Source: Vicugna vicugna
Taxonomy: Eukaryota
Assembly (NCBI GenBank): GCA_013265495.1
Contig: MU057947.1
Coordinates: forward strand, 1,511,070 to 1,575,069
Direction: 5' to 3'
Length of the DNA stretch: 64,000 nt
Shown here: positions 1 through 11,693 of the stretch, piece after piece
Layout of the letters: every line of letters begins with the position of its first letter
Position numbering within the stretch: the stretch's first letter is position 1
Notes under the pieces: model-generated
What the model was told of the DNA's origin: nothing
The model's database searches: none
Seen by the model: the letters and a program-made list of their open reading frames with translations, nothing else
Position numbers and translations under genes: made by a program

Positions 1-689
1 GCCTGTGGCCTAAGGCCGAGGGCCTGTCTCTGAATCCACTGACCTTCTCCTGGCATCACAGACCGAGACTGCCCAGCTGCAAGACAGAGCTCAGAGCAGT
101 TGTCCGAAGAGAGCAGCCACGACAGTGGCCCCTTGTCCCTGTGCTGCTGGGGTTTGGACCCATTTCCTTCCTCTTGAAGCCTAAGGTCCCTCCGTGGACT
201 TGCTCCTCCAGCCCCAGGCTGTGCTCTCAGACCCGCCTGTCCACTTGGCTCTGTCCAGCTGCTCCCAGAACCTGTGAGACCCACCGTGCCCTGGCCTCAC
301 CCCTGCCTCATGCGGGATAACCTTTCCCCACCTGCTCCCTGGGCTGCTCAGGCCATGGCCAGTGCTAGCTGAAGTTGACCTTGGACGCCCTTGGGAAAGA
401 CAAGACTTTGCCATTGCCCATCTGAGGATGAGACGAGATTCCCACACAAGTGACAGTGGAGCGAGGTCCCTCGTTCCCCCAGTCCATCTTCCTCGGACAT
501 TAGGGAGGAGTCTGTCCCTCTGTTCTTGACTCCCAAACCAGTCTCAGGTCCCTTTGGCTGGATTCTGCATCTGTGAAGGATGGCCAAGTCCTGTGCTGTC
601 TGGAATTCTGGCCCTCCTTGTGCAGCTCCATTTTTCCATTTGCTGCACTTCATGTGTCGCCCGCTGGTCCTCACCCTTTCCTGTCGGTC

Positions 690-812
690 GCGGGTGAGCT
701 TCCCGAGGCGGAATGGCTGTTGCTATGTCAGTTGTGGTCTTTCCAGGGCTGAGAGCAGGGGCTGGAACACAGCAGGTGCTCAATAAACAAACAGATGAAT
801 AATGAATAAACT
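690..812 (+). mobile_element. LINE-2 3' end fragment
   Basis: Ends in 'ctggaacacagcaggtgctcaataaac...gatgaataatgaataaa', the typical L2 terminus with a (TGAA)n-like tail. Confidence 0.55.
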
Positions 813-869
813 GAAACGCGAAGCATGTAGACGTGGGTATGATGTCTACCAGCTGCCTAAGAAGAGGAT

Positions 870-1075
870 GGTATTTTAATATTTTCTCGTATCTGCAAAG
901 CGTATCTGCAAATACCCTGGACTATCAGCAGCAGTGGGTGTCTGGGGAGAGAGGCGAGTGGGAGGCCCTGTGATCAGAGACGGGGCTGGGGAGGAGATTC
1001 CTGCCTGCAGATCCTTCTGAGTTTTGATTTTTGGACCATATGAGTCAATTACCTAATCATAAAAATAGATATATT
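870..1075 (+). mobile_element. Ancient L1 (L1ME-like) 3' UTR fragment
   Basis: Purine-rich stretch followed by 'ttttgatttttggaccatatgagtcaattacctaatcataaaaat', resembling old L1ME 3' ends. Confidence 0.4.
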
Positions 1076-1954
1076 TTAACAGAAACAAACTAAAGTTGAC
1101 TTTGGGGGAAAACAAGGGGTCCCTGACGAATGGACACGCAGTTGCTTGAGTCCAGAGCATCCGCGACGATCCCGACATTGGCCATTGTCCTGAATGGCCC
1201 TGCTTCTACCAACAGACAGCCCGTTCATGTTTGGAGGACAGAGGTCTGTACCCCACAAGGCCACCATCAAGCCCAGACTGCTGGAACATCGGCGCTGCTG
1301 CGGTGATGACGGAACAAAGCTGGTTTGTGTGAGAAAGCGTATGGCGTCTTCTGAGAATGACACTCTGGGGTTCTGAGCCGCCGAATGGTGCTTTGGGCAG
1401 CAGGACAGCGCTCCAGCAAAAGCCACGCAAGGGGCCCGTGGTGCTTCAGCACAGCCCAGGGGCGTCACGCCGCCTCCCCGGGCAAGGATGCAACTGGCTA
1501 TAAGCCGAGGGACCCACGGACCCTCTGGCAACATCGTTCCACGCGCTTAAAGGCACTGCCAGCTGCAACCCCCCGAATAAACCAAGCCCAGGTCAAAAGT
1601 TACTTCACGTCAAAATTTTTATCGTAGTAATAAACCCTGTCAGGGCTTGAAGGCCCTGTGACAGTACGTTTATCCGCTCTGCAGACAGAACACCGGGGAG
1701 GGGAGACGTTGCATTTGTTGGTTTTGTTTTATTACCAGTTCGCTGAGACGTGGAACAGCCGCCATTTCCTAAACACGCCAGAATACGTAGCTAATTCTGT
1801 CCTCCCGCCTGGGCCCACTAGTGCCGTGAACTAAAATATTTTTTTCTGGAGCATTTTGAGTCATCAGTCAATGGTCTAAACTTTTCTTGATTCGGGTAGT
1901 GTGTCTTCCCCTGAGTCAGAGTTAGAGGGGGTCCTGGTAAGCTGTTCTGACCCG

Positions 1955-2112
1955 ACAGTTCTCACCCCTGGTGACACGTGGGACTTTCAGCACTCTGATG
2001 GCTGGTTCTCCATCCCTGAGTGACAGGAATCAGACCTCGTGATGGGCACCAAGCGCGGGACGTGGAAGCGGGCTCCTAAGTGATTCTGCTGCACAGCGAG
2101 GGCTTACCACTG
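1955..2112. mobile_element. MER5-like hAT-Charlie MITE (degenerate)
   Basis: Starts 'cagttctcacccctgg' and ends 'ctcctaagtgattctgctgcacagcgagggcttaccactg', resembling MER5 termini. Confidence 0.4.
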
Positions 2113-2139
2113 CCGTGGGCCTGAACTAGTGCCTCTTGC

Positions 2140-2860
2140 CAGAAATGGGGATGCAAGTCACCTTCTGGGTCAATACGCCTGGGGCCTGGGAATCCGCATT
2201 TCTCAAGGTGAGACCGGAGGGACGGGGGCAGGGCACAGCCACTCAAGGAATGACACAGCAACTAGCACCCAGACGGGGGAGACTCAGCTCCCAGGAGGCC
2301 TTGAGCTTCCATATCCACTCATTGTAACACAATGGCTGCTAAACGGCCTTCCCACGTGCCAGGACAGCCCCCAGGCTGGCCCTGAGAGGTCAGAGGGTGG
2401 GCGGTGGCCCAGGTCCTGGGAAGCCCCGCCCCTTCCCCAAAGTGGTTGGAGTCATCCTCCCAGTTATTGGCCTGCGAAGTTACCGAGCCCATAAAACTGA
2501 CCACCTCACATCTCATGGTCGTGCTCTCTCTTACCTTCTGAGACACCTGCCCTCTTTATGGAGTGTGAACCTACTTTTACTTTAAACTAAACACCCACCT
2601 CCCCACTCCTCGTGGCCTCTCTGGCCCTCTGTCTATGGAGTGCATAGGAGTACGTGTCTCTCTGGATAAATCTGCATTCACTCTACTGTGGCTCGCTCTC
2701 AAATTCTTTCCTGCTCGAAGCCAGGGACCCTCACCTGGTGGAGCACATCCCAGGGACCCGCCCAGGACCTTGGACACGACCTTCCTCTCGCGCCCCATTT
2801 TCCTGAATCAAAAGCCCCTGAGTGAGGCCCAAGTGCCGGGCCCACGAGGCCCAGGAACAG
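2140..2860. mobile_element. MER5A-like MITE interrupted by the LTR at 2209-2810
   Basis: 'ggggcctgggaatccgcatttctcaag' (left) and 'aagcccctgagtga' (right) rejoin into the MER5A-like motif 'ggaatctgcatttctaacaagctccccaggtga'. Confidence 0.45.
2209..2810 (+). mobile_element. Solo ERV1-class LTR (~600 bp)
   Basis: Begins TG (tgagaccggaggg, 2209) and ends CA (ttttcctgaatca, 2810). Contains TATA-like cataaaa (~2490), poly(A)-like gataaa (~2665) and U5-like 'ggctcgctctcaaattctttcctg...gaagccagggaccc'. Flanks aagg/aaag match at 3 of 4 positions (TSD-like). Confidence 0.8.
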
Positions 2861-4654
2861 GGACACAGGCCCTCTGCACTGGCACAGGGTCTCTTTAAGC
2901 TCCCTGGGCTACAGCAGGTCCGGCTCCACGTCGTCCCCCTCCCTGCGGCTGTGATGTCCCTGCAGAGACACTGAGGTTGAGAAGATGAGGCTCTGCTCTG
3001 CCACCGGGAGCAGTGGCCACGCTTCCTCCGTGAGCCACTTTGGGACCTTGTATGTAAGTCATTACACCAACTCGGAAAGTTGAGACAGAGGTTGAAAAAA
3101 TGTAACAGGATGGCCACGCCCCTGAATCACACTGGGCAAATGGACCAGCCCGCCCACGGCTTCACGCCGGCACCAGGCTTCGCTAAGACGCTCGCACCCC
3201 GCCCAGAGGAATCACTGCGTAATGAGCAGCTGGACGGTCAGCTTGAGTTCATGATAAGAAAATTACATCTTAGGACGCCTCGGCCAACATGCAGTTATGG
3301 TGTAGTTAACAACTCGGTGGTGCTGATGGAAGCAGTCGCTGTGCAGCCAGGTAGACAGTTTCTGCCAGGGCAGGACTGCTGGGGACCAGTGTTTAGAGGA
3401 AAACAGCAGGTTTTCCAGCCTTATCACGCCTGGAGATCTTTGCAATCTTCACCAAGTGTTTGAGAAGCCAGAGAGCCCTTGAGTAAATAATCTTGAGGCC
3501 TTTTTAGCAAAGTGGAGAGAGGATACGGTCAGAGCCAGACACACATCGGCTGTCTCGCGGGCCTGTGGCAGCTTCAGTGAGGAAGCCCCGATCACCGCCT
3601 GGAGGCGGTCCTGGCGGTGGTGTTGGGGGAGGGGAGGACCACAAGCACACAAGCCACAAGCTGCAGCCCTCACCTGGTCTTCACCTGCCCGTCACCCGGG
3701 GATGAGAGCCACTGGAGGGTGAGCCCCCATCCCGGGAGTGCCAGCCTCCAGGGACACGAGACCCGCAGCCTTCCAGTCCAACTGAAATGTCACAGCATGG
3801 GCTCCCTCCCCAGAGAACCGTCCCCCCACCAGCAGATAACTTCAGTGTAGGTGCCCGGCAGACACAGAGATGCCCAAGACAAGGTCTTGAAAAGAGCGCC
3901 CAGCATTTGAAGAGCTCACTTTTTAATTAAAAAAATTATCTCTTACTTCGATGTTTTCAAGTGACAGCAGTGAACAGGAAATCTTACTATTAGCGTAAAA
4001 GTTTCACATCTGCATCGCCAACACGATGGTCTGAAAGTCTATCCTTCCACCTCTGTCTTCTCTGAGAGACCTTGGAGGACAGGGCTGGCGGTCCCCTCTG
4101 TTTCTGCAGACCCAGGGCTCTCACAGGGTCCGGGATGAGGGCTAAAACAGGTCTCGACCTCTGTCTGGAGAAAGGGAAACGCAGCGGCGTAGAGGAGTCG
4201 TGCAGCCTTGTTTTCCAGGCATGGAAGACGGTGAACTCAGCTCTAATAGGGGCAACTGTCGGTCTGGGCTCTCACCCTGAGGACAGGAGGCAGCACATCA
4301 CAGGACCTCAGTCCGTGTCTGAGGAGAAGCAAAGGAGGTACTCTGAAATGTGGATCATAAGCCTTTGATCAAAGAAATCTATCCAAATGGAGGGGGGAGT
4401 TCCCCAAAGAGAAGGTATTTTATTCATCAAGATGTTGATAAGCATCTTATTTATAAAGCTAAGAATTAAAAATAAATACCCGACAACATGCCGTGGCAAG
4501 CACGTGCGGTGAAAGAAGTTCGGCCTTTAATAATGTCTATTCAGTGCCCCTATACTCTGTTGATGAGACTGTAAACTGTTAAAAAAGGCACTTCAGGAGA
4601 TAGTTTGGCAACAGGCATCAGAGAGCCTTAAAACATGTTCCACAGCAGCTCCCT

Positions 4655-5150
4655 CTTGCGAGTGGCGCCTAACCACACACCCAGACGAGCACGCGGGCAC
4701 TGCGCGCTGCTCGCTCGCAGCCTCCCTCCTGGGAAGACGCCGACCTGCGGGGCGGAGGAGAGCGCGGGGAGAGTGCCGGCGAAGGCGGAGGCTCGGGCGG
4801 CGCTCGGCCCGCGGACCAGCCGTGTGCCCTGCTCGGGGAGGACGGCGGCCCCGTGCGTCCTCTTCCTCGTCTGTGTGGCGGGGCCAGTCACAGCGCCCAC
4901 CCGCGGAGCTGCTGTGAGACTGAGCGAGGCCTCGCGTGGAAAAAGCCCAGCGCGCACCTGCGCTCGTGGGGGCCGTGCGCCGAGCTGTGGCCGACGAGGC
5001 CGGCGAGTGGCGCGACTCCTGCTGATGGTGAAGGAAAACGCCCCTTGCTGGGAGAATCCCGCAGGTCACAGGACAGGAGATCGGCTTCTTCTCCACTCGC
5101 TCCGCGGTGGCCCCCAGGCCCACACTTGGCCGGCGGTCCCCGGCGAACCC
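4655..5150. promoter_or_regulatory. CpG-island-like region
   Basis: Very high GC with dense CpG, a GC-box-like motif (ggggcggagg ~4749) and no recognisable repeat. No linked gene identified. Confidence 0.5.
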
Positions 5151-5344
5151 TCAGGATGGTGCTTTTATGTACGGCTCCACTTCCAGATGAGGGCCGAGTT
5201 CAGGGGGGTTGACCAGCTCACCCCAGCTCACACACACGGTGATGGTCGGAGCTGGGGCTTGAGTCTGGTTCAGGCTGCATCTGCTCAACAAGTGTTACTG
5301 AAAATCGACTTTGTGAGGCAGGGTGCTGTAAACACCTGAGAAGC

Positions 5345-6235
5345 CGTCGCACAGCTGTTCTCCAGAGGGAAGGCAGCGCACAGCACACACAGGAAACGTG
5401 CGAACCGCACAGTGTGCGAGGCGGTGAGGAAGCCTGCAAAGCGGGGGGAGGCGGAGCAGCGCGGGAGAGGTCAAGTCGGGGCGGGAGGGGGGCCCTCGCT
5501 GAGGAGCTGGCGTTCGAAGACGGCTTGAAGGCGGTGAGGAAGCCAGCCAAGCAGGTGCGGGGGGAAGAGCAGCCCAGGCCGCCGGGCGCGCGGTGCGCTT
5601 CAGAAAGGCAGGAGGCCAGCGTGGCGGAGCGGCCTGAGGCGTGAGGGCCGCGGGCAGGGAGCAGCAGGGAGCAGCAGGGAGGTAGCGGGCGGCCAGCTCA
5701 CGGGGGGCCTGGTGGGCGCCGGGGACTTAAATTTCATCTGGAGTGAGGTGAGGGGCTCTTTCAGGATTTCAAGTCTCTTAGTAACATGATTTGACTTTTG
5801 TAAAAAATCACTCCGGCTCCTGGGTAGAGATTACATTCTGGAGGGGGAGAGGAGGAGCAGAAGGTAGCAATGGGCAGAGTCACAAGTGACAGCTTTTTGA
5901 AATGTGCAGAAGCAGGGCACGTAGACCCTCTGGTGGATTAGATATGGGTGCGGGGGAGGGTAGAGGCGCCTGCCAGGTTTTGGCCAGAGCGAGTGGAAGG
6001 GTGGGATGGAAGACCGTCCGGACTGCCGTGGGGCAGGGATGTAGGCTGCGTGTGCAGAGTTTGCAGTGTCTGTGAGATGCCTGAGTGGAACGCCCAGCAG
6101 GACATGGGGTGGGTGAGCTGGAGGAAGTGTAGATGGAGGTGAGGGGCATGCACTCTGACCTCAGGAGGTCAGGGAGAAGAGGAGGAGCCAGCAAAGATGC
6201 CGGGAGGAAGGATTCATGAGACAGAAAATCCAAGC
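5345..6235 (-). mobile_element. LINE-2 fragment (left part CpG-enriched)
   Basis: Antisense L2 motifs: 'gaggccagcgtggcggagc', 'ggccagctcacggggggcctggtggg', 'acatgatttgactttt...aaaatcactccggctcctgggtagaga', 'gtctgtgagatgcctgagtggaa'. Confidence 0.65.
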
Positions 6236-6823
6236 TGAAAGAAAAGGCAGAATTAGATTGAATTCAAAACCAGATCCTCTTCTGCGCTGGACTGTCGTCT
6301 GCCCAGCCCTGCTCAATCAGAGAGCCAGGGCTCCCGGTCAAGCTGGAGAACTTGCACACCCAGATCCCAGGGAGACAAGACAAAGTGGGAAGACAGAAGC
6401 GAGACACAGAGTTTACTGGATTAATACGACATTAGGCTTCTTGCATAATCGTGAAATCAAACATCTCAGCTGAGGATAATTTGAGATGCAGCAAGATTTC
6501 CTTCTTCACAGGCAGAAAAAAGATCTTCAAATTCTTCAGGAAAAAGTTTTGCCTGTGGCGAAAACATGATATAAATGTCCACTGTGCCAGAAATTCAGAT
6601 TATTTTAGATGTGAAACGCCATTTATCAGCTTCAATGTTTCCCGTATCCAAGACAACAGCTTCAAATACAGTCAAGGAAAACATAAAGACAGCATTACCA
6701 AGAAAATGTGCTCATTAAAAAACCTATAAAAATGAATAAGTAAATAAGTATCATCAGCTGCCAACCTCTCTGCCCTTACCCCCAGCCTAGGAAATACACT
6801 TAGATATTGTCAGGAAGTTGAGT

Positions 6824-6851
6824 CAAACAAAACAAAACAAAACAAACAAAA
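6824..6851 (+). repeat. (CAAAA)n microsatellite
   Basis: caaacaaaacaaaacaaaacaaacaaaa directly abutting the L1 end. Confidence 0.85.
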
Positions 6852-9800
6852 TGTGTCAACATCCATGAAATAATTTGTTGAGATTTTGTTTGGATCTGCG
6901 TTGAATCTACAGATCAAGTTGGAAGAACTGAAATTTTGACAATGTTACGTCTTTCTACTCATGAACATAGCATATCACCTCCATTTATTTAGTTCTTCTC
7001 TGATTTTGTTCATCGGTTTTATGGTTTTCCACACGTAGATCAGGTACATATTTTGTTAGATTTGTACCCAAATATTTCATTGTTTTTGAAATGTTTTGCT
7101 TTTAATTTCAAATTCCGCTTGTTCATTGCTGGATATGGGAAAATAATTGAATCTTGTACTAACCATGTATGCTAAAACCGCAGTATAATCACTTTTTGTT
7201 TCCAGGGTGTTTCTGTCAGTTCTTTCTACAGGTAGGACCACGTTATCTGCAAACAGAGACCGTTTCATGTCTTTATTCACAGTCTATGTGCTCCTTCTTT
7301 CCTTTTATCCCTCTACTGCATCAGCAAAGACGTCCAGTGTGATGTGGTGAGAGGGGACCTCCTTGCCTTGCGCCTGATCTTAGTGGGAAAGCAAGTTCCT
7401 CGGCATCAAGTGTGCTGTCAGCTTTAGGGTTTTGGAGATACAATGCATCAAGTTGAGAAAGTTCCCCTCTATTCCTAGTTTGCTGGGAACTTTCATCGTG
7501 AATGGGTGGACTTTGTCAGATGCTTTTTCTACATCGATTGATGTGATCATGTGCATTTTCTTTTTTTAATCTGTTGCTGTGAGGGATAACATTAATTGAC
7601 TTCTAAGTGTTGAACCAGCCTTGCATACTTGCAATAAACCACACTTGGTCACCGTGTATAATTCCTTTCAGGCATCGTTGGGTTTGATTTGTGATATCTG
7701 TTGAGGATTTTTTCATCTGTGTACATGAGAGGCGCTGGTCTGCAGTTTTCCTGTCATGGCTGCTCTGGTTGGGCAGGGTGACCCCGTGAGGACCGGAGGA
7801 GTTAGGAGTCAGTCCCGCTGCTTCTGTTTTCTGGAAGGACGTAGTGATCTGGTATGATCTTCTCCTGAAATGTTTGGTGGAATTCACCAGCAGATCTACC
7901 TGGGCCTGATGCTTTATGCTTTGGGAGGTTGTTAATTGTTGATTTGCTTTCTTTAACAGAGACAGGCCTGTTCGGATCGCCCCTCTCTCCTTGTCTGAGT
8001 TCTGGCGGATTGCATCTGCCGGAAACTGGTTCACACTAACTAGCTTATCACCTTTGTGGGCGTAAAGCTCTTCCTGGTATTTCTCTGTCACCCTTTGGAT
8101 TCCTGTGGGCTCCGCAGTGATGCCCCTGCTTTCACTTCTGATGGAGGAGTTTGTGTCCTTGCATTCCTGCTTCCTTAGCCTAGTTAAGGCATTGATTTTA
8201 TTGATCTCCTCAAAGGACCAGCTTTGGCTGATTTTCCCTATTGATTTCCCGTTGCCAATTTTATTGATTTCTGCTATAATCTTTATTTGTTTTCTTATGC
8301 TCACTTTGGATTTAAATGCTCTTTTTCCCCTTGTTTCATAAGGTGAAAAATTAGACTATTAAGTTTAGATTTTTTTCTTTTCTAATATATACATTCATTG
8401 CTATTGCTGTATCCCACAAATTTTGATAAATTTGTATTTTCATATTCATTTAACTCAAAAAATTTTAAAAATTTCTGTTGAGATTTTTTTCTTTCACCTA
8501 TGTGCTGTTTAGAAGTATGTTGTTTAATCTCCGGCATTTGGGGATTTCCAGCATCTTTCCATTGCTGATTGCTAGTTTAATTCCTCTGTGATCTGAGAGC
8601 ACACATTGTGTGATTTCTACTCTTTCAAATTTGTTAAGGTGTGTTTTCTAGCCAAGAATTTGGCCTAACTTGGTAAATATTCCATGTGTGCTTAAGAAAA
8701 ATGTGAAGTCTGCTGTTATTGGATGAAGTGGTTTAAAGATGTCAACTATACATGGTTGATCGGTGGTGGTGTTGAGTTCAGCTGTGTCCTTACTGATTCT
8801 CCGCCTGCTGGAAGGATCTGTCCGTTACTGAGAGGCGGATGCTGAAGTCCTCAACTATGACAATGGATTCATCCATTTCTCTTTGCAGTTTTATCAACTG
8901 TTTTTGCCGCGTGCAGTTTGAATCTGTTGTAAGGTGCATACATGTTAAGGATTGCTATGCCTTTTTGGAGAATTGACTCCTTTATTATCATTATGTAGTG
9001 CACTTCTTTATTCCTGATAAATTCCCTTACTGTGAAGTCCGATCTGTTTGAAATTAATACAGCTACTCCTGCATTCTTTTTCATAGATGTTGGCACGGTA
9101 TGCTTTTCTCCACCCATTTACTTTTAACCCACATGTGTCTTTAAAATGCATTTTTTTATAGGCAGCCTATCGTCGGGTTATGTTTTTAGATGCACTCTGA
9201 CAATTGCTGTCTTTTAATGGTTACATTTAAACCATTGGCATTCAAAATGGTTCTTGATACAGATGGATTAGCATCTGCCACAGTTGAAACTGTTTTCTGA
9301 TTGTTGTCCTTGTTCTTCATTTCTATGTTTGCCTTCCTCTGCTTCTTAGCTGGGCATTTCATATGACCCAGTTTTCTCCCCTTTATTAGAATGTCAGTTA
9401 TACTTTCACTTGTTTGCTGGTTGTCCTACAGTTTCCAGTATACATTTACAGCTAATCCAAGCTCACTCTCAAGTAACATTGCACACTTCAAGGCTAGTGT
9501 GAGTACCCTGAAACCAAACTAATCCCAACTCCCGCTTCCTGTTGCTTGTGGCGTTGCTGCCATTTAATTCACTCACGTGCAAGCGTGTGTAAACATGTAT
9601 ATGATATGTGCATAAGCATACATGATCAAACACATTGTGGCTATTGTTATCTTGAATACATTGTTGCCTATTAGATCGATTAAGAATAATAAAGATAAAA
9701 GTTTTATTTTGCCTTCACATATTCCTTCCTTGATGTTCTCCCTTTCTTTATGCAGATCCAAATGTTTTACCTGTATTAGTTTCTTTCTCCCTAAAGAAGA

Positions 9801-11215
9801 TCTTTTAGCATTTCTTGTAAGGCAGCTCTGTTGGCAACAAACCCCTCAATTTTTGTCTGTCTGAGAAAGAATTGCCCCTTCACTTCTGTAAGGTAACTTC
9901 TCAGGGCGCAGAAGTCCAGGTTGTTGGTATTCTCTCTCAAAGCAATATTTCACTCTACTCCCTCCTTGCTTGCGTGGCTTCTGAGGTAGAGTTGAATGTG
10001 GTTCTTACCTTTGTCCTTCTGTATGTAAGATGATTTCATCCTCTGACTTCTTTCATAGTTTTTCCTTACCTTTGATTTCTGTAGTTTGACAAGGGCATGC
10101 CTCAGCGTAGTTTCACGGGTGTTTATCATCCTTGATGTTGTCTGAGCTTCCTGGGTCTGTGATTTGGAGACTGACATTAATCTGGGGGAAATTCTCACTT
10201 ATTGTTGCATCAAATATTTCTTCTGTTTCTTTCTCTCTTTAATCTCTCTCTGATATTCCCATTATGCATGTATATGTTAAACATTATGTAGTTGTCCTGC
10301 AGTCCTTGGGTATTCTGTTCTGTTTTTGTTTTTCAACTTTTATTCTCTTTGCTATTTGGTTTTTGAGAATGCTATTGATACATCCTCTGGCTCAGAGATT
10401 CTTTCCTCAGATGTGCCTAGTCTACTAGTAAGCCTACCAAAGGCCTTCTTCATTCTTTTACAGAGTTTTTGATCGCTAGCATTTATTTTTGGTTCTTTCT
10501 TAGGGCTTCTCTCTGCTTACATTGCCCATATAGTCTTGCATGCCGTCTGCTTTGTCCATTACAGTCCTTAATAATCATAGTTGTATTAAATGATCAATCC
10601 AATAGTTTCAACATCCCTGCCATGTCTGGTTCTTATGGTTGCTCTGTTTTTTCAAATTGTGTTTTTTGCTTTGATAGGCCTTGTAATTTTTCATTATAGC
10701 TGGACATTGTACCAGGTAAAAGGAACTGCTACCCATTGACCTCTGATAACGTGGTAGTGAGCTGTGGGGGAAAGGGAAGTATCCTATCAGGCTACAATTC
10801 AGTCTCAGTTTTTTACTGAGCCTGTGTCTCTGGACTGTGAACTTCACAAGTGCTTCTAGTTTTTTTCTCCCCTCCTTAGGTGAGACAGTTTGGCTAGAGC
10901 GAGCCGGAACAGGTGATTTCTCTTTCCAGGTCAGTTAGACTCCGGTTAGCTAGTTTCCCCCAAGAGCGGGCCTTGTTAGACCCTGTTAAGTAGAAGAGAG
11001 TGTTCTGTCGTGTTCCAGAGTGGTTCCCTTTCCCTTCCCCAGCCAGAAGTCTGAGGGGGATTTTTCTCCAATATTTACTAAAGGGGATCTGGTTGAGCTC
11101 CTGGAGGTATTGTCATAGGAGGGCCCTCCAGTATTGTGACTAGATCCCCCAGGACTTCTTAACTCTCAGAATTGCTTGCATCTTGCCTCCAGCAGCTCAT
11201 CAATTACAGCCCAGA
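6852..11215 (-). mobile_element. Ancient LINE-1 (L1M) relic: 5' region, ORF1, inter-ORF spacer, ORF2 endonuclease to RT; 3' end missing
   Basis: Minus-strand ORFs match L1 proteins. 9950-10198 QEAQTTSRMINTRETTLRHALVKL is ORF1. 8869-9117 GVAVLISNRSDF...HYIMII...ILNMYAPYN is the endonuclease. 7603-8304 AEINKI...SWSFEEINKI...ELYAHK...FIASMQGWFN is ORF2. 7077-7280 SLFADN is a decayed RT FADD motif. Many stops and frameshifts. Confidence 0.92.
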
Positions 11216-11560
11216 TTTCTTATGTATTTTAAAGTTATTTTCCTATTACTATAAATTTCTTATCTAATAAAACCAGAAAATTCAATAAACACAAGTAAAA
11301 TAACAGAGAGCTTGTTTCTGACTTATGTGACTATCTTATTCTCAGTCAAAAGGCATAGCAACATATTGTTGGGGGCCCAAACTTCTACCAGCAAGCAGAA
11401 GTTCTTTATCTAACATTACAAAGCTAGTTGGGCCAGGACTGGGGCCACTACCTGGGCCCCAGGATGAAAACGTAATGAAACTCAGCCAGCTTGAGTTGGC
11501 CTGGGTGCAATGCAATTTGGCTGGCAGGAGGCAGAGAAGCAGCAGCTCTTCCAGGTCACT

Positions 11561-11693
11561 TTCAGCACCAGGAGGTGGATAGCTCCAGGGACTGAGGGGC
11601 ACTAAATGTGGAAGGGAGGAGAAGGCTCCCACTTTCAGCACCAAGGACAGGACAGCTCCAGCTCCCTCCACCTCCACTCCTGGTGGTGCTGAA
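11561..11693. promoter_or_regulatory. REST/NRSF RE1 element cluster
   Basis: Canonically spaced TTCAGCACCAAGGACAG at 11634-11650. TTCAGCACC-N7-GGATAGCTCC at 11561-11586. Third TTCAGCACC half-site on the minus strand at 11685-11693. Confidence 0.65.

Noticed and set aside
888..913. 13-bp tandem duplication cgtatctgcaaa(g) x2; also ggcagccccgc x2 at ~61922
   Set aside because: Ordinary slippage duplications inside decayed repeats.
4635..5339. 234-aa ORF over the CpG-rich region
   Set aside because: Arg/Ala/Gly/Pro-rich product with overlapping ORFs in several frames on both strands, typical of CpG-island artefacts.
7603..8304. 233-aa ORF as a functional or domesticated RT gene
   Set aside because: It drifts in and out of the L1 ORF2 frame, and the catalytic FADD motif is FADN in a separate broken ORF. 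A dead L1.
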